Part shown: positions 60,799-64,000 of the stretch, piece after piece
Position numbering within the stretch: the first letter of the stretch is position 1
How the letters are laid out: each line of letters begins with the position of its first letter
Assembly (NCBI GenBank): GCA_018817795.1
Contig: JAHITJ010000250.1
Location: 11,635-75,634, forward strand
Source of the DNA: Myxococcota bacterium
GTDB lineage: Bacteria > Myxococcota_A > Polyangia > HGW-17
Reading direction: 5' to 3'
Length of the DNA: 64,000 nt
Program-made: the position numbers and the translations under genes
The notes under the pieces: model-generated
The model's input: only the letters and a program-made list of their open reading frames with translations
What the model was told of the DNA's origin: nothing
The model's database searches: none

Positions 60799-61471
60799 CC
60801 GCGGTCAGCCAGGACACAGCCGTCTGCAGGTCGGTCAGACGGGAATCAGTTGGATGGATGATGGAGACCGGCTCGGGAAAGAGCGCTGAGCGCATCTGGA
60901 TCAACTCCAGCTCGAGACCGAGCTCGGACAGCGGGAGGACAGCAGCCTCGGGCGCCGCCACCGGCGGATAGGGGGGGAAGCCGGCGCAATGGGTGATCCC
61001 CAGCACGACGGGGAACTCCGGGGTCGTCTCGAACAGGCAGCCGGAAGCCGGTCGACGACAGATGAACCGACCGTCAGCGGCCGCCTCGAACTCGGTGACG
61101 CCGAAGAAAAACTCCGCCGGTTGCAGGAACGCAAAGGCCGCTGCGAGCAGGTGGATGTTGCTGTTGATCTGGGAGCTGGACACCAGCACCGCGTCGGGCC
61201 TGAACGAACGGATGAAGCCGGTCGCGCAGGCGGCCATGTCGACGGTGGACATCAGGCTCGACGGCGGCATGTCCTCGAGGCGGTGCACACGGCAGTTCGC
61301 AAGCGGCCCGGGCAGCCTGGAGATGCGGGTCTCGCCCCAGAGCACCAGATCCGCGGTGAAACCGCAGCGCTCCACGAGCCATGCGGTGGCCTGCAACATG
61401 GACCTCTCCCGCTGGCGGTGCTCCTGCCCGGCGGAAAAGGTCTCGAGGAAGGCCATCACCCGGCGCGCCAT
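60782..61471 (-). CDS. Degenerate electron-transfer flavoprotein beta-like protein
   Basis: E..L..A..L, PDAVLVSSSQ...LAAAFA.L...GVT...G.F..RR..G...PVVLGIT...YP..LSELGL skeleton of ETF-beta. Confidence 0.55.
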   Translation of the reverse strand: MARRVMAFLETFSAGQEHRQRERSMLQATAWLVERCGFTADLVLWGETRISRLPGPLANCRVHRLEDMPPSSLMSTVDMAACATGFIRSFRPDAVLVSSSQINSNIHLLAAAFAFLQPAEFFFGVTEFEAAADGRFICRRPASGCLFETTPEFPVVLGITHCAGFPPYPPVAAPEAAVLPLSELGLELELIQMRSALFPEPVSIIHPTDSRLTDLQTAVSWLTADEDTD

Positions 61472-62407
61472 CTACAGCTCCTGCTCGAACAGCACCGGCA
61501 GGCGGGTGGCCAGGGAGCCGGGGACGAAGCGGATTCGGGGAATCCAGGTTTCGGTGGGCACTGGCTCACACCCGAGGCAAAGCCAGCGGGCTGCGGACGG
61601 CAGCACGGATTCACACAACTCGTATTCTTCAAGATTGCAGCCGATCAGGATGACGCGGTCCATGGCCAGCACGGAGGTCTTCCACCAGGCGATCCCCGGT
61701 CCGCTACCCTCGTTGAAGCGCAGCAGCGGCCATTCCTCCTGCTCACACCAGGCGGCGATGGCGGCCTCGTGTTCGCTGGCCAGCGAACCGATTGCAACCA
61801 GCGTATCCGATCCGTAAGGGATGTCCGGCACCGGAACGGTCCGGATCTTTGGCAATTCCGACGCTGCGGCGAGCAGGGCGATCACCTCGATCTCGGAGGT
61901 GGCCGTGGGAGCGATCTTCGGACCATGGTGCACCAGCGCCACGACCGCGTTTTCCAGGTCCTCCTCGAAGAACTCTGTGCTCTCCCGGGTGCCCGGACGA
62001 TACCAGTTGATTTTCAGTTGTGGCTCCGTGTCGATGGTGCACAGCGGGGCATAGATTCCCTTGAGATGAATGCAGATGAACGGCGCCAGTTCGGCGGCGA
62101 GGCTCGTGGCGCCCCAGAGCAGGAAGGTGGGTGGAAACCGGTCGACGACCTCGATCAGCGCCCGGACCCAGGTGGCATGGCATGGCGGGTCGGACACGCC
62201 CGTGACCAGGACGACCCGGTCGGCGCGATATGCCGACAACTGTGCCACGAGATCCTGCTGCAGCCGGTCGTAGGAGGACAGGAGCAGCACGGCGTAGAGC
62301 GTCGCACCACGGGAAGAGGCGACCTGCCTGCCAACCTCGAGGGCCCCCAGGCTAGCCTGGGAAAGGACGCCCTTGTGGGTTTCTACGACGGTCAGAATCA
62401 GTGCCAC
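61472..62407 (-). CDS. Degenerate electron-transfer flavoprotein alpha-like protein
   Basis: ILTVVETHKG.L..ASL.AL..GR.VA, YRADRVVL, LWGATSLAAELAP: ETF-alpha N-domain; FAD-binding C-domain motifs absent. Confidence 0.65.
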   Translation of the reverse strand: MALILTVVETHKGVLSQASLGALEVGRQVASSRGATLYAVLLLSSYDRLQQDLVAQLSAYRADRVVLVTGVSDPPCHATWVRALIEVVDRFPPTFLLWGATSLAAELAPFICIHLKGIYAPLCTIDTEPQLKINWYRPGTRESTEFFEEDLENAVVALVHHGPKIAPTATSEIEVIALLAAASELPKIRTVPVPDIPYGSDTLVAIGSLASEHEAAIAAWCEQEEWPLLRFNEGSGPGIAWWKTSVLAMDRVILIGCNLEEYELCESVLPSAARWLCLGCEPVPTETWIPRIRFVPGSLATRLPVLFEQEL

Positions 62408-62435
62408 GGTTCGATCCTCATACCGGAGAATGGGA

Positions 62436-62948
62436 TCACTCCAGCTGGTATTTCGACTTCATCCTCAGGAGCATCTTCTTGTATTCGATGTCCCAGGCGG
62501 AGGAGCCTTCCTCGAGGTTCTTCAGGCGCTTGCGCACCTCTTCCTCGATCTCCTCGTCCAGGGTCATGTACTTCTGAAGCACGGCCTCGAGCTTGGACCG
62601 GATCTCCCGATCATCGGAATAGATCTCGTCGACGTGGGTGGACTGCATCAGGATCTCGAGCATCTGCGTGCTCATGTACCGGATGCCCTCCTCACCCATC
62701 GCGAAGTCCCGCTCCTCGGCCTTGGCGCGCTTGACGCGGCCGAAGTGTTCGAAGGACAGGCCCGTGTTCTTCAGATGCTCACGCGCCTTGTCGGTGATCT
62801 CCCGTTCCAGGCGGATGTATTCATTCATGACGCTCTCGATGTCCAACTGGACCTCGGGGCCGTTGCGGGTCTCGATGTCGTCCTCGGTGGTCAGCCGCTT
62901 GACGATTTCCTGAGCTATGACTGGAATCTTCTTTTGATACAGACGCAT
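62436..62948 (-). CDS. DUF507 family protein
   Basis: MRLY..KIP.IA.EIV..L; EIEEEVRKRLKNLEEGS..WDIEY. Confidence 0.8.
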   Translation of the reverse strand: MRLYQKKIPVIAQEIVKRLTTEDDIETRNGPEVQLDIESVMNEYIRLEREITDKAREHLKNTGLSFEHFGRVKRAKAEERDFAMGEEGIRYMSTQMLEILMQSTHVDEIYSDDREIRSKLEAVLQKYMTLDEEIEEEVRKRLKNLEEGSSAWDIEYKKMLLRMKSKYQLE

Positions 62949-62976
62949 ATTCGGGTCCTATCTTACCGATCGGTTG

Positions 62977-63573
62977 TCAGGGCAGGGGCCGGGCTTCCTC
63001 TTCGGGCCGCACGGTCTCGGGCTTTTTCACCTTCAACTTGGCCACCGGCGCCAGCAGCATGGAGACCGCCCGTCCTTCGTGGGTGGGCTTCTGCTCCACG
63101 TCCACTCCGTCACCGAGATCCTTGAGGATGGATTCCAGCAACTGGAAACCGAACTCAGGATGCACGATTTCACGACCGCGGAACGACACGACCACGCGGA
63201 TCTTGTCGCCCTCTTCCAGGAACTTCTTGATGTTCCTGATCTTGAAATCCAGATCATGATCGTCAGTCTTGGGACGGAATTTGACTTCCTTCATGCTGAT
63301 CTGGGTGGCGTTCTGGCGCTTGACCTTTTCCTGCTTGGCACGCTCGTACTTGAACTTGCCATAATCCATGATCTTGCAGACCGGCGGCTGGGCCTTGGGG
63401 CTCACTTCCACCAGTTCGAGGCCTTTCTCTTCGGCCTTGCGGATGGCATCATAGGTGCTCATGATGCCCAGTTGTTCTCCATCCTCATCGATCACCCGCA
63501 CTTCAGGGACGCGGATGCGATGGTTGATGCGAAAGGCCTCTTCGGGACGATTTTGTTTGAGTTGAGGACGAAT
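62977..63573 (-). CDS. infC: Translation initiation factor IF-3 (ATT start)
   Basis: AAGGAGGT RBS then in-frame ATT at 63573; RINHRIRVPEVRVI, PPVCKIMDYGKFKYE, FRGRE. Confidence 0.95.
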   Translation of the reverse strand: MRPQLKQNRPEEAFRINHRIRVPEVRVIDEDGEQLGIMSTYDAIRKAEEKGLELVEVSPKAQPPVCKIMDYGKFKYERAKQEKVKRQNATQISMKEVKFRPKTDDHDLDFKIRNIKKFLEEGDKIRVVVSFRGREIVHPEFGFQLLESILKDLGDGVDVEQKPTHEGRAVSMLLAPVAKLKVKKPETVRPEEEARPLP

Positions 63574-63616
63574 GACGACACCTCCTTGGGTCAGTTGGCG
63601 CCACGAGGGCAGATGT

Positions 63617-64000
63617 TTATAAAATCACGGGCCACTCGGCCTGCGGCTCCATCATAGCGAAAATTTCCTCGATGGGTATCATTTTTCCCGTATTTTCGTC
63701 GGTTGTGCGCAGGGTGACCGCGCGCTCCTCGACTTCACGCTTGCCCACCACCAGGATGACGGGAATCTTCTGCATCTGGGCATCGCGGATCTTGAAGTTC
63801 AGTTTCTCCGGCCGCAGATCGGCCGTGGCACGGAACTTCCGGGCGTTGAGCAGCCCGGCGACTTCGCTGGCCCAGGCGTCCTGATCGTTGGTGACGGTGA
63901 CCACGCGGAATTGTTCGGGAGCCAGCCACAACGGCAGACGGCCGGCGTAGTGTTCCAGCAGGATCCCGAAGAAACGCTCGATGGAGCCCAGCAGGGCGCG
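63617..64000 (-). CDS. thrS: Threonine--tRNA ligase, C-terminal part (start outside window)
   Basis: RALLGSIERFFGILLEHYAGRLPLWLAPEQ...EKLNFKIRDAQMQKIP. Confidence 0.97.
   Translation of the reverse strand, partial: RALLGSIERFFGILLEHYAGRLPLWLAPEQFRVVTVTNDQDAWASEVAGLLNARKFRATADLRPEKLNFKIRDAQMQKIPVILVVGKREVEERAVTLRTTDENTGKMIPIEEIFAMMEPQAEWPVIL

Overview
GC-rich chromosomal window of a Myxococcota/deltaproteobacterium-like organism. The lineage is inferred from Cys-rich CGDG/EICDNG lipoproteins, an IgGFc-binding protein, a TPR protein with a KWWFW anchor, a eukaryote-like Ser/Thr kinase and DUF507. It holds about 58 CDS. Housekeeping genes: apt (partial), surE, split FTCD, metG, gyrA, preT/preA, queG, an mtaB-like gene, tatB, murA, infC (ATT start) and thrS (partial). 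Envelope and signalling genes: a Gld-like ABC module, MlaF-E-E-F, TolC, a porin plus GH13 amylase, ComEA, an ECF sigma/anti-sigma pair, HD-GYP and PilZ proteins, and a kinase-TPR-cNMP cluster. I found no rRNA, tRNA, CRISPR array, transposase, integrase or reverse transcriptase. The most unusual stretch is 6.2-8.8 kb: an FGE/CLec-fold lipoprotein next to a four-helix-bundle gene. That gene's RBS and ATG sit inside a 140-nt nested inverted repeat, and it carries a 45-nt in-frame double-hairpin insertion whose second copy nearby shows a compensatory base pair. Other leads are a degenerate ETF alpha/beta pair inside the infC-Mla gene run, an orphan T3SS needle/rod-like gene with a FliA-like promoter, a palindromic GTCNGAC 9-mer repeat in two genes and one intergenic gap, and a plant HPR1-like dehydrogenase. 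All family assignments come from recognising motifs by eye; no searches were run.
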